From positions 211,668,001 to 211,732,000 of the forward strand of contig OZ024743.1 of NCBI GenBank assembly GCA_964016885.1: DNA of 64,000 nt, in the 5' to 3' direction. The first letter of the stretch is position 1. Each line of letters begins with the position of its first letter. The notes under the pieces are model-generated. The model was not told where the DNA came from. It was given only the letters and a program-made list of their open reading frames with translations, and ran no database searches. Positions 35,500 to 49,950 of the stretch are shown piece by piece. The DNA comes from Eledone cirrhosa. Its lineage: Eukaryota. The position numbers and the translations under genes are program-made.

Positions 35500-38400
35500 C
35501 ATGTACCAGTAATTACAGATCGATCCCACCACGGGCGGCCGGCCCGCGATTGAAAAGGTTACTCCGCCTGCAAATCGTCATTTTCGGATTCGTTTTCTTC
35601 GAAGCACACCATTCGCCGGCGGACTTCAGCTGCCTCATTTAGCATGGGCAGTTTTTCTTGAAGATCACACCACACACAGCCAATGAGTGTCTGCAGATGT
35701 ACCAGTAATTAGAGATCGATCCGACCACGGGCGGCCGGCCCACGATCGAGAAAAAGGTAACTCCGCCGGCAAATCGTCATTTTTGTGATACGTTTTCTTC
35801 GAAGCACACCATTCGCCGCCGGACTTCAGCTGCCTCATTTAGGATGGGCAGTTTTTTTTGAAAATCACACCACACACAACCAATGTGTGTCTGCACATGT
35901 ACCAGTAATTACAGATCGATCCGACCACGGGCGGCCGGCCCGCGATTGAAAAGGTAACTCCGCCGGCAAATCGTCATTTTTGGATTCGTTTTCTTCGAAG
36001 CACACCATTCGCCGGCGGACTTTGTTGACGTTTAACACGGTTTGGTTCCACAGCCACAACTATTGATTTTAAAGAGATATCTTGCTGAAATTCACGCCAC
36101 ACATAGCCAATGAGTGTCTGCACATGTACCAGTAATTACAGATCGATCCGACCACGGGCGGCCGGCCCGCGATTGAAAAGGTAACTCCGCCGGCAAATCG
36201 TCATTTTTGTGATCCGTTTTCTTCGAAGCACACCATTCGCCGCCGGACTTCAGCTGCCTCATTTAGCATGGGCAGTTTTTTTTGAAAATCACACCACACA
36301 CAACCAATGTGTGTCTGCACATGTACCAGTAATTACAGATCGATCCCACCACGGGCGGCCGGCCCACAATCGAAAAGGTTACTCCGCCTGCAAATCGTCA
36401 TTTTCGGATTCGTTTTCTTCGAAGCACACCATTCGCCGGCGGACTTCAGCTGCCTCATTTAGCATGGGCAGTTTTTCTTGAAGATCACACCACACACAGC
36501 CAATGAGTGTCTGCACATGTACCAGTAATTAGAGATCGATCCGACCACGGGCGGCCGGCCCACGATCGAGAAAAAGGTAACTCCGCCGGCAAATCGTCAT
36601 TTTTGTGATCCGTTTTCTTCGAAGCACACCATTCGCCGCCGGACTTCAGCTGCCTCATTTAGCATGGGCAGTTTTTTTTGAAAATCACACCACACACAAC
36701 CAATGTGTGTCTGCACATGTACCAGTAATTACAGATCGATCCGACCACGGGCGGCCGGCCCGCGATTGAAAAGGTAACTCCGCCGGCAAATCGTCATTTT
36801 TGTGATTCGTTTTCTTCGAAGCACACCATTCGCCGCCGGACTTCAGCTGCCTCATTTAGCATGGGCAGTTTTTTTTGAAAATCACACCACACACAACCAA
36901 TGTGTGTCTGCACATGTACCAGTAATTACAGATCGATCCCACCACGAGTTCAATGTAAACAAACTTACGCTCAACGACTTTGTTGACGTTTAACACGGTT
37001 TGGTTCCACAGCCACAACTATTGATTTTACGGAGATATCTTGCTGAAATTCACGCCACACATAGCCAATGAGTGTCTGCACATGTACCAGTAATTACAGA
37101 TCGATCCGACCAGGGGCGGCCGGCCCGCGATTGAAAAGGTAACTCCGCCGGCAAATCGTCATTTTTGTGATTCGTTTTCTTCGAAGCACACCATTCGCCG
37201 GCGGACTTTGTTGACGTTTAACACGGTTTGGTTCCACAGCCACAACTATTGATTTTAAGGAGATATCTTGCTGAAATTCACGCCACACATAGCCAATGAG
37301 TGTCTGCACATGTACCAGTAATTACAGATCGATCCCACCACGGGCGGCCGGCCCGCGATTGAAAAGGTTACTCCGCCTGCAAATCGTCATTTTCGGATTC
37401 GTTTTCTTCGAAGCACACCATTCGCCGGCGGACTTCAGCTGCCTCATTTAGCATGGGCAGTTTTTCTTGAAGATCACACCACACACAGCCAATGAGTGTC
37501 TGCAGATGTACCAGTAATTAGAGATCGATCCGACCACGGGCGGCCGGCCCACGATCGAGAAAAAGGTAACTCCGCCGGCAAATCGTCATTTTTGTGATCC
37601 GTTCTCTTCGAAGCACACCATTCGCCGCCGGACTTCAGCTGCCTCATTTAGGATGGGCAGTTTTTTTTGAAAATCACACCACACACAACCAATGTGTGTC
37701 TGCACATGTACCAGTAATTACAGATCGATCCGACCACGGGCGGCCGGCCCGCGATTGAAAAGGTAACTCCGCCGGCAAATCGTCATTTTTGTGATTCGTT
37801 TTCTTCGAAGCACACCATTCGCCGCCGGACTTCAGCTGCCTCATTTAGCATGGGCAGTTTTTTTTTTAAATCACACCACACACAACCAATGTGTGTCTGC
37901 ACATGTACCAGTAATTACAGATCGATCCGACCACGGGCGGCCGGCCCGCGATTGAAAAGGTAACTCCGCCGGCAAATCGTCATTTTTGTGATTCGTTTTC
38001 TTCGAAGCACACCATTCGCCGCCGGACTTCAGCTGCCTCATTTAGCATGGGCAGTTTTTTTTTTAAATCACACCACACACAACCAATGTGTGTCTGCACA
38101 TGTACCAGTAATTACAGATCGATCCCACCACGAGTTCAATGTAAACTAACTTACGCTCAACGACTTTGTTGACGTTTAACACGGTTTGGTTCCACAGCCA
38201 CAACTATTGATTTTAAGGAGATATCTTGCTGAAATTCACGCCACACATAGCCAATGAGTGTTTGCACATGTACCAGTAATTACAGATCGATCCGACCAGG
38301 GGCGGCCGGCCCGCGATTGAAAAGGTAACTCCGCCGGCAAATCGTCATTTTTGGATTCGTTTTCTTCGAAGCACACCATTCGCCGGCGGACTTTGTTGAC

Positions 38401-39979
38401 GTTTAACACGGTTTGGTTCCACAGCCACAACTATTGATTTTAAAGAGATATCTTGCTGAAATTCACGCCACACATAGCCAATGAGTGTCTGCACATGTAC
38501 CAGTAATTACAGATCGATCCGACCACGGGCGGCCGGCCCGCGATTGAAAAGGTAACTCCGCCGGCAAATCGTCATTTTTGTGATCCGTTTTCTTCGAAGC
38601 ACACCATTCGCCGCCGGACTTCAGCTGCCTCATTTAGCATGGGCAGTTTTTTTTGAAAATCACACCACACACAATCAATGTGTGTCTGCACATGTACCAG
38701 TAATTACAGATCGATCCCACCACGGGCGGCCGGCCCACAATCGAAAAGGTTACTCCGCCTGCAAATCGTCATTTTCGGATTCGTTTTCTTCGAAGCACAC
38801 CATTCGCCGGCGGACTTCAGCTGCCTCATTTAGCATGGGCAGTTTTTCTTGAAGATCACATCACACACAGCCAATGAGTGTCTGCACATGTACCAGTAAT
38901 TAGAGATCGATCCGACCACGGGCGGCCGGCCCACGATCGAGAAAAAGGTAACTCCGCCGGCAAATCGTCATTTTTGTGATCCGTTTTCTTCGAAGCACAC
39001 CATTCGCCGCCGGACTTCAGCTGCCTCATTTAGCATGGGCAGTTTTTTTTGAAAATCACACCACACACAACCAATGTGTGTCTGCACATGTACCAGTAAT
39101 TACAGATCGATCCGACCACGGGCGGCCGGCCCGCGATTGAAAAGGTAACTCCGCCGGCAAATCGTCATTTTTGTGATTCGTTTTCTTCGAAGCACACCAT
39201 TCGCCGCCGGACTTCAGCTGCCTCATTTAGCATGGGCAGTTTTTTTTGAAAATCACACCACACACAACCAATGTGTGTCTGCACATGTACCAGTAATTAC
39301 AGATCGATCCCACCACGAGTTCAATGTAAACAAACTTACGCTCAACGACTTTGTTGACGTTTAACACGGTTTGGTTCCACAGCCACAACTATTGATTTTA
39401 CGGAGATATCTTGCTGAAATTCACGCCACACATAGCCAATGAGTGTCTGCACATGTAGCAGTAATTACAGATCGATCCGACCAGGGGCGGCCGGCCCGCG
39501 ATTGAAAAGGTAACTCCGCCGGCAAATCGTCATTTTTGTGATTCGTTTTCTTCGAAGCACACCATTCGCCGGCGGACTTTGTTGACGTTTAACACGGTTT
39601 GGTTCCACAGCCACAACTATTGATTTTAAGGAGATATCTTGCTGAAATTCACGCCACACATAGCCAATGAGTGTCTGCACATGTACCAGTAATTACAGAT
39701 CGATCCCACCACGGGCGGCCGGCCCGCGATTGAAAAGGTTACTCCGCCTGCAAATCGTCATTTTCGGATTCGTTTTCTTCGAAGCACACCATTCGCCGGC
39801 GGACTTCAGCTGCCTCATTTAGCATGGGCAGTTTTTCTTGAAGATCACACCACACACAGCCAATGAGTGTCTGCAGATGTACCAGTAATTAGAGATCGAT
39901 CCGACCACGGGCGGCCGGCCCACGATCGAGAAAAAGGTAACTCCGCCGGCAAATCGTCATTTTTGTGATCCGTTCTCTT

Positions 39980-42900
39980 CGAAGCACACCATTCGCCGCC
40001 GGACTTCAGCTGCCTCATTTAGGATGGGCAGTTTTTTTTGAAAATCACACCACACACAACCAATGTGTGTCTGCACATGTACCAGTAATTACAGATCGAT
40101 CCGACCACGGGCGGCCGGCCCGCGATTGAAAAGGTAACTCCGCCGGCAAATCGTCATTTTTGTGATTCGTTTTCTTCGAAGCACACCATTCGCCGCCGGA
40201 CTTCAGCTGCCTCATTTAGCATGGGCAGTTTTTTTTTTAAATCACACCACACACAACCAATGTGTGTCTGCACATGTACCAGTAATTACAGATCGATCCC
40301 ACCACGAGTTCAATGTAAACAAACTTACGCTCAACGACTTTGTTGACGTTTAACACGGTTTGGTTCCACAGCCACAACTATTGATTTTACGGAGATATCT
40401 TGCTGAAATTCACGCCACACATAGCCAATGAGTGTCTGCACATGTACCAGTAATTACAGATCGATCCGACCAGGGGCGGCCAGCCCGCGATTGAAAAGGT
40501 AACTCCGCCGGCAAATCGTCATTTTTGTGATTCGTTTTCTTCGAAGCACACCATTCGCCGGCGGACTTTGTTGACGTTTAACACGGTTTGGTTCCACAGC
40601 CACAACTATTGATTTTAAGGAGATATCTTGCTGAAATTCACGCCACACATAGCCAATGAGTGTCTGCACATGTACCAGTAATTACAGATGGATCCCACCA
40701 CGGGCGGCCGGCCCGCGATTGAAAAGGTTACTCCGCCTGCAAATCGTCATTTTCGGATTCGTTTTCTTCGAAGCACACCATTCGCCGGCGGACTTCAGCT
40801 GCCTCATTTAGCATGGGCAGTTTTTCTTGAAGATCACACCACACACAGCCAATGAGTGTCTGCAGATGTACCAGTAATTAGAGATCGATCCGACCACGGG
40901 CGGCCGGCCCACGATCGAGAAAAAGGTAACTCCGCCGGCAAATCGTCATTTTTGTGATCCGTTTTCTTCGAAGCACACCATTCGCCGCCGGACTTCAGCT
41001 GCCTCATTTAGGATGGGCAGTTTTTTTTGAAAATCACACCACACACAACCAATGTGTGTCTGCACATGTACCAGTAATTACAGATCGATCCGACCACGGG
41101 CGGCCGGCCCGCGATTGAAAAGGTAACTCCGCCGGCAAATCGTCATTTTTGTGATTCGTTTTCTTCGAAGCACACCATTCGCCGCCGGACTTCAGCTGCC
41201 TCATTTAGCATGGGCAGTTTTTTTTTTAAATCACACCACACACAACCAATGTGTGTCTGCACATGTACCAGTAATTACAGATCGATCCCACCACGAGTTC
41301 AATGTAAACTAACTTACGCTCAACGACTTTGTTGACGTTTAACACGGTTTGGTTCCACAGCCACAACTATTGATTTTAAGGAGATATCTTGCTGAAATTC
41401 ACGCCACACATAGCCAATGAGTGTCTGCACATGTACCAGTAATTACAGATCGATCCGACCAGGGGCGGCCGGCCCGCGATTGAAAAGGTAACTCCGCCGG
41501 CAAATCGTCATTTTTGGATTCGTTTTCTTCGAAGCACACCATTCGCCGGCGGACTTTGTTGACGTTTAACACGGTTTGGTTCCACAGCCACAACTATTGA
41601 TTTTAAGGAGATATCTTGCTGAAATTCACGCCACACATAGCCAATGAGTGTCTGCACATGTACCAGTAATTACAGATCGATCCGACCACGGGCGGCCGGC
41701 CCGCGATTGAAAAGGTAACTCCGCCGGCAAATCGTCATTTTTGTGATCCGTTTTCTTCGAAGCACACCATTCGCCGGCGGACTTCAGCTGCCTCATTTAG
41801 CATGGGCAGTTTTTCTTGAAGATCACACCACACACAGCCAATGAGTGTCTGCACATGTACCAGTAATTAGAGATCGATCCGACCACGGGCGGCCGGCCCA
41901 CGATCGAGAAAAAGGTAACTCCGCCGGCAAATCGTCATTTTTGTGATCCGTTTTCTTCGAAGCACACCATTCGCCGCCGGACTTCAGCTGCCTCATTTAG
42001 GATGGGCAGTTTTTTTTGAAAATCACACCACACACAACCAATGTGTGTCTGCACATGTACCAGTAATTACAGATCGATCCGACCACGGGCGGCCGGCCCG
42101 CGATTGAAAAGGTAACTCCGCCGGCAAATCGTCATTTTTGTGATTCGTTTTCTTCGAAGCACACCATTCGCCGCCGGACTTCAGCTGCCTCATTTATCAT
42201 GGGCAGTTTTTTTTGAAAATCACACCACACACAACCAATGTGTGTCTGCACATGTACCAGTAATTACAGATCGATCCCACCACGAGTTCAATGTAAACTA
42301 ACTTACGCTCAACGACTTTGTTGACGTTTAACACGGTTTGGTTCCACAGCCACAACTATTGATTTTAAGGAGATATCTTGCTGAAATTCACGCCACACAT
42401 AGCCAATGAGTGTCTGCACATGTACCAGTAATTACAGATCGATGCGACCAGGGGCGGCCGGCCCGCGATTGAAAAGGTAACTCCGCCGGCAAATCGTCAT
42501 TTTTGGATTTGTTTTCTTCGAAGCACACCATTCGCCGGCGGACTTTGTTGACGTTTAACACGGTTTGGTTCCACAGCCACAACTATTGATTTTAAGGAGA
42601 TATCTTGCTGAAATTCACGCCACACATAGCCAATGAGTGTCTGCACATGTACCAGTAATTACAGATCGATCCGACCACGGGCGGCCGGCCCGCGATTGAA
42701 AAGGTAACTCCGCCGGCAAATCGTCATTTTTGTGATCCGTTTTCTTCGAAGCACACCATTCGCCGCCGGACTTCAGCTGCCTCATTTAGCATGGGCAGTT
42801 TTTTTTGAAAATCACACCACACACAACCAATGTGTGTCTGCACATGTACCAGTAATTACAGATCGATCCCACCACGGGCGGCCGGCCCACAATCGAAAAG

Positions 42901-45900
42901 GTTACTCCGCCTGCAAATCGTCATTTTCGGATTCGTTTTCTTCGAAGCACACCATTCGCCGGCGGACTTCAGCTGCCTCATTTAGCATGGGCAGTTTTTC
43001 TTGAAGATCACACCACACACAGCCAATGAGTGTCTGCACATGTACCAGTAATTAGAGATCGATCCGACCACGGGCGGCCGGCCCACGATCGAGAAAAAGG
43101 TAACTCCGCCGGCAAATCGTCATTTTTGTGATCCGTTTTCTTCGAAGCACACCATTCGCCGCCGGACTTCAGCTGCCTCATTTAGCATGGGCAGTTTTTT
43201 TTGAAAATCACACCACACACAACCAATGTGTGTCTGCACATGTACCAGTAATTACAGATCGATCCCACCACGAGTTCAATGTAAACAAACTTACGCTCAA
43301 CGACTTTGTTGACGTTTAACACGGTTTGGTTCCACAGCCACAACTATTGATTTTACGGAGATATCTTGCTGAAATTCACGCCACACATAGCCAATGAGTG
43401 TCTGCACATGTACCAGTAATTACAGATCGATCCGACCAGGGGCGGCCAGCCCGCGATTGAAAAGGTAACTCCGCCGGCAAATCGTCATTTTTGTGATTCG
43501 TTTTCTTCGAAGCACACCATTCGCCGGCGGACTTTGTTGACGTTTAACACGGTTTGGTTCCACAGCCACAACTATTGATTTTAAGGAGATATCTTGCTGA
43601 AATTCACGCCACACATAGCCAATGAGTGTCTGCACATGTACCAGTAATTACAGATGGATCCCACCACGGGCGGCCGGCCCGCGATTGAAAAGGTTACTCC
43701 GCCTGCAAATCGTCATTTTCGGATTCGTTTTCTTCGAAGCACACCATTCGCCGGCGGACTTCAGCTGCCTCATTTAGCATGGGCAGTTTTTCTTGAAGAT
43801 CACACCACACACAGCCAATGAGTGTCTGCAGATGTACCAGTAATTAGAGATCGATCCGACCACGGGCGGCCGGCCCACGATCGAGAAAAAGGTAACTCCG
43901 CCGGCAAATCGTCATTTTTGTGATCCGTTTTCTTCGAAGCACACCATTCGCCGCCGGACTTCAGCTGCCTCATTTAGGATGGGCAGTTTTTTTTGAAAAT
44001 CACACCACACACAACCAATGTGTGTCTGCACATGTACCAGTAATTACAGATCGATCCGACCACGGGCGGCCGGCCCGCGATTGAAAAGGTAACTCCGCCG
44101 GCAAATCGTCATTTTTGTGATTCGTTTTCTTCGAAGCACACCATTCGCCGCCGGACTTCAGCTGCCTCATTTAGCATGGGCAGTTTTTTTTTTAAATCAC
44201 ACCACACACAACCAATGTGTGTCTGCACATGTACCAGTAATTACAGATCGATCCCACCACGAGTTCAATGTAAACAAACTTACGCTCAACGACTTTGTTG
44301 ACGTTTAACACGGTTTGGTTCCACAGCCACAACTATTGATTTTACGGAGATATCTTGCTGAAATTCACGCCACACATAGCCAATGAGTGTCTGCACATGT
44401 ACCAGTAATTACAGATCGATCCGACCAGGGGCGGCCAGCCCGCGATTGAAAAGGTAACTCCGCCGGCAAATCGTCATTTTTGTGATTCGTTTTCTTCGAA
44501 GCACACCATTCGCCGGCGGACTTTGTTGACGTTTAACACGGTTTGGTTCCACAGCCACAACTATTGATTTTAAGGAGATATCTTGCTGAAATTCACGCCA
44601 CACATAGCCAATGAGTGTCTGCACATGTACCAGTAATTACAGATGGATCCCACCACGGGCGGCCGGCCCGCGATTGAAAAGGTTACTCCGCCTGCAAATC
44701 GTCATTTTCGGATTCGTTTTCTTCGAAGCACACCATTCGCCGGCGGACTTCAGCTGCCTCATTTAGCATGGGCAGTTTTTCTTGAAGATCACACCACACA
44801 CAGCCAATGAGTGTCTGCAGATGTACCAGTAATTAGAGATCGATCCGACCACGGGCGGCCGGCCCACGATCGAGAAAAAGGTAACTCCGCCGGCAAATCG
44901 TCATTTTTGTGATCCGTTTTCTTCGAAGCACACCATTCGCCGCCGGACTTCAGCTGCCTCATTTAGGATGGGCAGTTTTTTTTGAAAATCACACCACACA
45001 CAACCAATGTGTGTCTGCACATGTACCAGTAATTACAGATCGATCCGACCACGGGCGGCCGGCCCGCGATTGAAAAGGTAACTCCGCCGGCAAATCGTCA
45101 TTTTTGTGATTCGTTTTCTTCGAAGCACACCATTCGCCGCCGGACTTCAGCTGCCTCATTTAGCATGGGCAGTTTTTTTTTTAAATCACACCACACACAA
45201 CCAATGTGTGTCTGCACATGTACCAGTAATTACAGATCGATCCCACCACGAGTTCAATGTAAACTAACTTACGCTCAACGACTTTGTTGACGTTTAACAC
45301 GGTTTGGTTCCACAGCCACAACTATTGATTTTAAGGAGATATCTTGCTGAAATTCACGCCACACATAGCCAATGAGTGTCTGCACATGTACCAGTAATTA
45401 CAGATCGATCCGACCAGGGGCGGCCGGCCCGCGATTGAAAAGGTAACTCCGCCGGCAAATCGTCATTTTTGGATTCGTTTTCTTCGAAGCACACCATTCG
45501 CCGGCGGACTTTGTTGACGTTTAACACGGTTTGGTTCCACAGCCACAACTATTGATTTTAAGGAGATATCTTGCTGAAATTCACGCCACACATAGCCAAT
45601 GAGTGTCTGCACATGTACCAGTAATTACAGATCGATCCGACCACGGGCGGCCGGCCCGCGATTGAAAAGGTAACTCCGCCGGCAAATCGTCATTTTTGTG
45701 ATCCGTTTTCTTCGAAGCACACCATTCGCCGGCGGACTTCAGCTGCCTCATTTAGCATGGGCAGTTTTTCTTGAAGATCACACCACACACAGCCAATGAG
45801 TGTCTGCACATGTACCAGTAATTAGAGATCGATCCGACCACGGGCGGCCGGCCCACGATCGAGAAAAAGGTAACTCCGCCGGCAAATCGTCATTTTTGTG

Positions 45901-48900
45901 ATCCGTTTTCTTCGAAGCACACCATTCGCCGCCGGACTTCAGCTGCCTCATTTAGGATGGGCAGTTTTTTTTGAAAATCACACCACACACAACCAATGTG
46001 TGTCTGCACATGTACCAGTAATTACAGATCGATCCGACCACGGGCGGCCGGCCCGCGATTGAAAAGGTAACTCCGCCGGCAAATCGTCATTTTTGTGATT
46101 CGTTTTCTTCGAAGCACACCATTCGCCGCCGGACTTCAGCTGCCTCATTTATCATGGGCAGTTTTTTTTGAAAATCACACCACACACAACCAATGTGTGT
46201 CTGCACATGTACCAGTAATTACAGATCGATCCCACCACGAGTTCAATGTAAACTAACTTACGCTCAACGACTTTGTTGACGTTTAACACGGTTTGGTTCC
46301 ACAGCCACAACTATTGATTTTAAGGAGATATCTTGCTGAAATTCACGCCACACATAGCCAATGAGTGTCTGCACATGTACCAGTAATTACAGATCGATGC
46401 GACCAGGGGCGGCCGGCCCGCGATTGAAAAGGTAACTCCGCCGGCAAATCGTCATTTTTGGATTTGTTTTCTTCGAAGCACACCATTCGCCGGCGGACTT
46501 TGTTGACGTTTAACACGGTTTGGTTCCACAGCCACAACTATTGATTTTAAGGAGATATCTTGCTGAAATTCACGCCACACATAGCCAATGAGTGTCTGCA
46601 CATGTACCAGTAATTACAGATGGATCCCACCACGGGCGGCCGGCCCGCGATTGAAAAGGTTACTCCGCCTGCAAATCGTCATTTTCGGATTCGTTTTCTT
46701 CGAAGCACACCATTCGCCGGCGGACTTCAGCTGCCTCATTTAGCATGGGCAGTTTTTCTTGAAGATCACACCACACACAGCCAATGAGTGTCTGCAGATG
46801 TACCAGTAATTAGAGATCGATCCGACCACGGGCGGCCGGCCCACGATCGAGAAAAAGGTAACTCCGCCGGCAAATCGTCATTTTTGTGATCCGTTTTCTT
46901 CGAAGCACACCATTCGCCGCCGGACTTCAGCTGCCTCATTTAGGATGGGCAGTTTTTTTTGAAAATCACACCACACACAACCAATGTGTGTCTGCACATG
47001 TACCAGTAATTACAGATCGATCCGACCACGGGCGGCCGGCCCGCGATTGAAAAGGTAACTCCGCCGGCAAATCGTCATTTTTGTGATTCGTTTTCTTCGA
47101 AGCACACCATTCGCCGCCGGACTTCAGCTGCCTCATTTAGCATGGGCAGTTTTTTTTTTAAATCACACCACACACAACCAATGTGTGTCTGCACATGTAC
47201 CAGTAATTACAGATCGATCCCACCACGAGTTCAATGTAAACTAACTTACGCTCAACGACTTTGTTGACGTTTAACACGGTTTGGTTCCACAGCCACAACT
47301 ATTGATTTTAAGGAGATATCTTGCTGAAATTCACGCCACACATAGCCAATGAGTGTCTGCACATGTACCAGTAATTACAGATCGATCCGACCAGGGGCGG
47401 CCGGCCCGCGATTGAAAAGGTAACTCCGCCGGCAAATCGTCATTTTTGGATTCGTTTTCTTCGAAGCACACCATTCGCCGGCGGACTTTGTTGACGTTTA
47501 ACACGGTTTGGTTCCACAGCCACAACTATTGATTTTAAGGAGATATCTTGCTGAAATTCACGCCACACATAGCCAATGAGTGTCTGCACATGTACCAGTA
47601 ATTACAGATCGATCCGACCACGGGCGGCCGGCCCGCGATTGAAAAGGTAACTCCGCCGGCAAATCGTCATTTTTGTGATCCGTTTTCTTCGAAGCACACC
47701 ATTCGCCGGCGGACTTCAGCTGCCTCATTTAGCATGGGCAGTTTTTCTTGAAGATCACACCACACACAGCCAATGAGTGTCTGCACATGTACCAGTAATT
47801 AGAGATCGATCCGACCACGGGCGGCCGGCCCACGATCGAGAAAAAGGTAACTCCGCCGGCAAATCGTCATTTTTGTGATCCGTTTTCTTCGAAGCACACC
47901 ATTCGCCGCCGGACTTCAGCTGCCTCATTTAGGATGGGCAGTTTTTTTTGAAAATCACACCACACACAACCAATGTGTGTCTGCACATGTACCAGTAATT
48001 ACAGATCGATCCGACCACGGGCGGCCGGCCCGCGATTGAAAAGGTAACTCCGCCGGCAAATCGTCATTTTTGTGATTCGTTTTCTTCGAAGCACACCATT
48101 CGCCGCCGGACTTCAGCTGCCTCATTTATCATGGGCAGTTTTTTTTGAAAATCACACCACACACAACCAATGTGTGTCTGCACATGTACCAGTAATTACA
48201 GATCGATCCCACCACGAGTTCAATGTAAACTAACTTACGCTCAACGACTTTGTTGACGTTTAACACGGTTTGGTTCCACAGCCACAACTATTGATTTTAA
48301 GGAGATATCTTGCTGAAATTCACGCCACACATAGCCAATGAGTGTCTGCACATGTACCAGTAATTACAGATCGATGCGACCAGGGGCGGCCGGCCCGCGA
48401 TTGAAAAGGTAACTCCGCCGGCAAATCGTCATTTTTGGATTTGTTTTCTTCGAAGCACACCATTCGCCGGCGGACTTTGTTGACGTTTAACACGGTTTGG
48501 TTCCACAGCCACAACTATTGATTTTAAGGAGATATCTTGCTGAAATTCACGCCACACATAGCCAATGAGTGTCTGCACATGTACCAGTAATTACAGATCG
48601 ATCCGACCACGGGCGGCCGGCCCGCGATTGAAAAGGTAACTCCGCCGGCAAATCGTCATTTTTGTGATCCGTTTTCTTCGAAGCACACCATTCGCCGCCG
48701 GACTTCAGCTGCCTCATTTAGCATGGGCAGTTTTTTTTGAAAATCACACCACACACAACCAATGTGTGTCTGCACATGTACCAGTAATTACAGATCGATC
48801 CCACCACGGGCGGCCGGCCCACAATCGAAAAGGTTACTCCGCCTGCAAATCGTCATTTTCGGATTCGTTTTCTTCGAAGCACACCATTCGCCGGCGGACT

Positions 48901-49950
48901 TCAGCTGCCTCATTTAGCATGGGCAGTTTTTCTTGAAGATCACACCACACACAGCCAATGAGTGTCTGCACATGTACCAGTAATTAGAGATCGATCCGAC
49001 CACGGGCGGCCGGCCCACGATCGAGAAAAAGGTAACTCCGCCGGCAAATCGTCATTTTTGTGATCCGTTTTCTTCGAAGCACACCATTCGCCGCCGGACT
49101 TCAGCTGCCTCATTTAGCATGGGCAGTTTTTTTTGAAAATCACACCACACACAACCAATGTGTGTCTGCACATGTACCAGTAATTACAGATCGATCCCAC
49201 CACGAGTTCAATGTAAACAAACTTACGCTCAACGACTTTGTTGACGTTTAACACGGTTTGGTTCCACAGCCACAACTATTGATTTTACGGAGATATCTTG
49301 CTGAAATTCACGCCACACATAGCCAATGAGTGTCTGCACATGTACCAGTAATTACAGATCGATCCGACCAGGGGCGGCCAGCCCGCGATTGAAAAGGTAA
49401 CTCCGCCGGCAAATCGTCATTTTTGTGATTCGTTTTCTTCGAAGCACACCATTCGCCGGCGGACTTTGTTGACGTTTAACACGGTTTGGTTCCACAGCCA
49501 CAACTATTGATTTTAAGGAGATATCTTGCTGAAATTCACGCCACACATAGCCAATGAGTGTCTGCACATGTACCAGTAATTACAGATGGATCCCACCACG
49601 GGCGGCCGGCCCGCGATTGAAAAGGTTACTCCGCCTGCAAATCGTCATTTTCGGATTCGTTTTCTTCGAAGCACACCATTCGCCGGCGGACTTCAGCTGC
49701 CTCATTTAGCATGGGCAGTTTTTCTTGAAGATCACACCACACACAGCCAATGAGTGTCTGCAGATGTACCAGTAATTAGAGATCGATCCGACCACGGGCG
49801 GCCGGCCCACGATCGAGAAAAAGGTAACTCCGCCGGCAAATCGTCATTTTTGTGATCCGTTTTCTTCGAAGCACACCATTCGCCGCCGGACTTCAGCTGC
49901 CTCATTTAGGATGGGCAGTTTTTTTTGAAAATCACACCACACACAACCAA
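39980..49950. repeat. 3955-bp duplication whose second copy contains an internal 1977-bp duplication (44624-46600 / 46601-48577)
   Basis: ORF offsets 40162->44117, 40454->44409, 41399->45354 and 42388->46343 are 3955. Offsets 45354->47331 and 46343->48320 are 1977. Offsets 42732->48664, 43128->49060 and 43420->49352 are 5932 = 3955+1977. Outer boundaries are approximate. Confidence 0.83.
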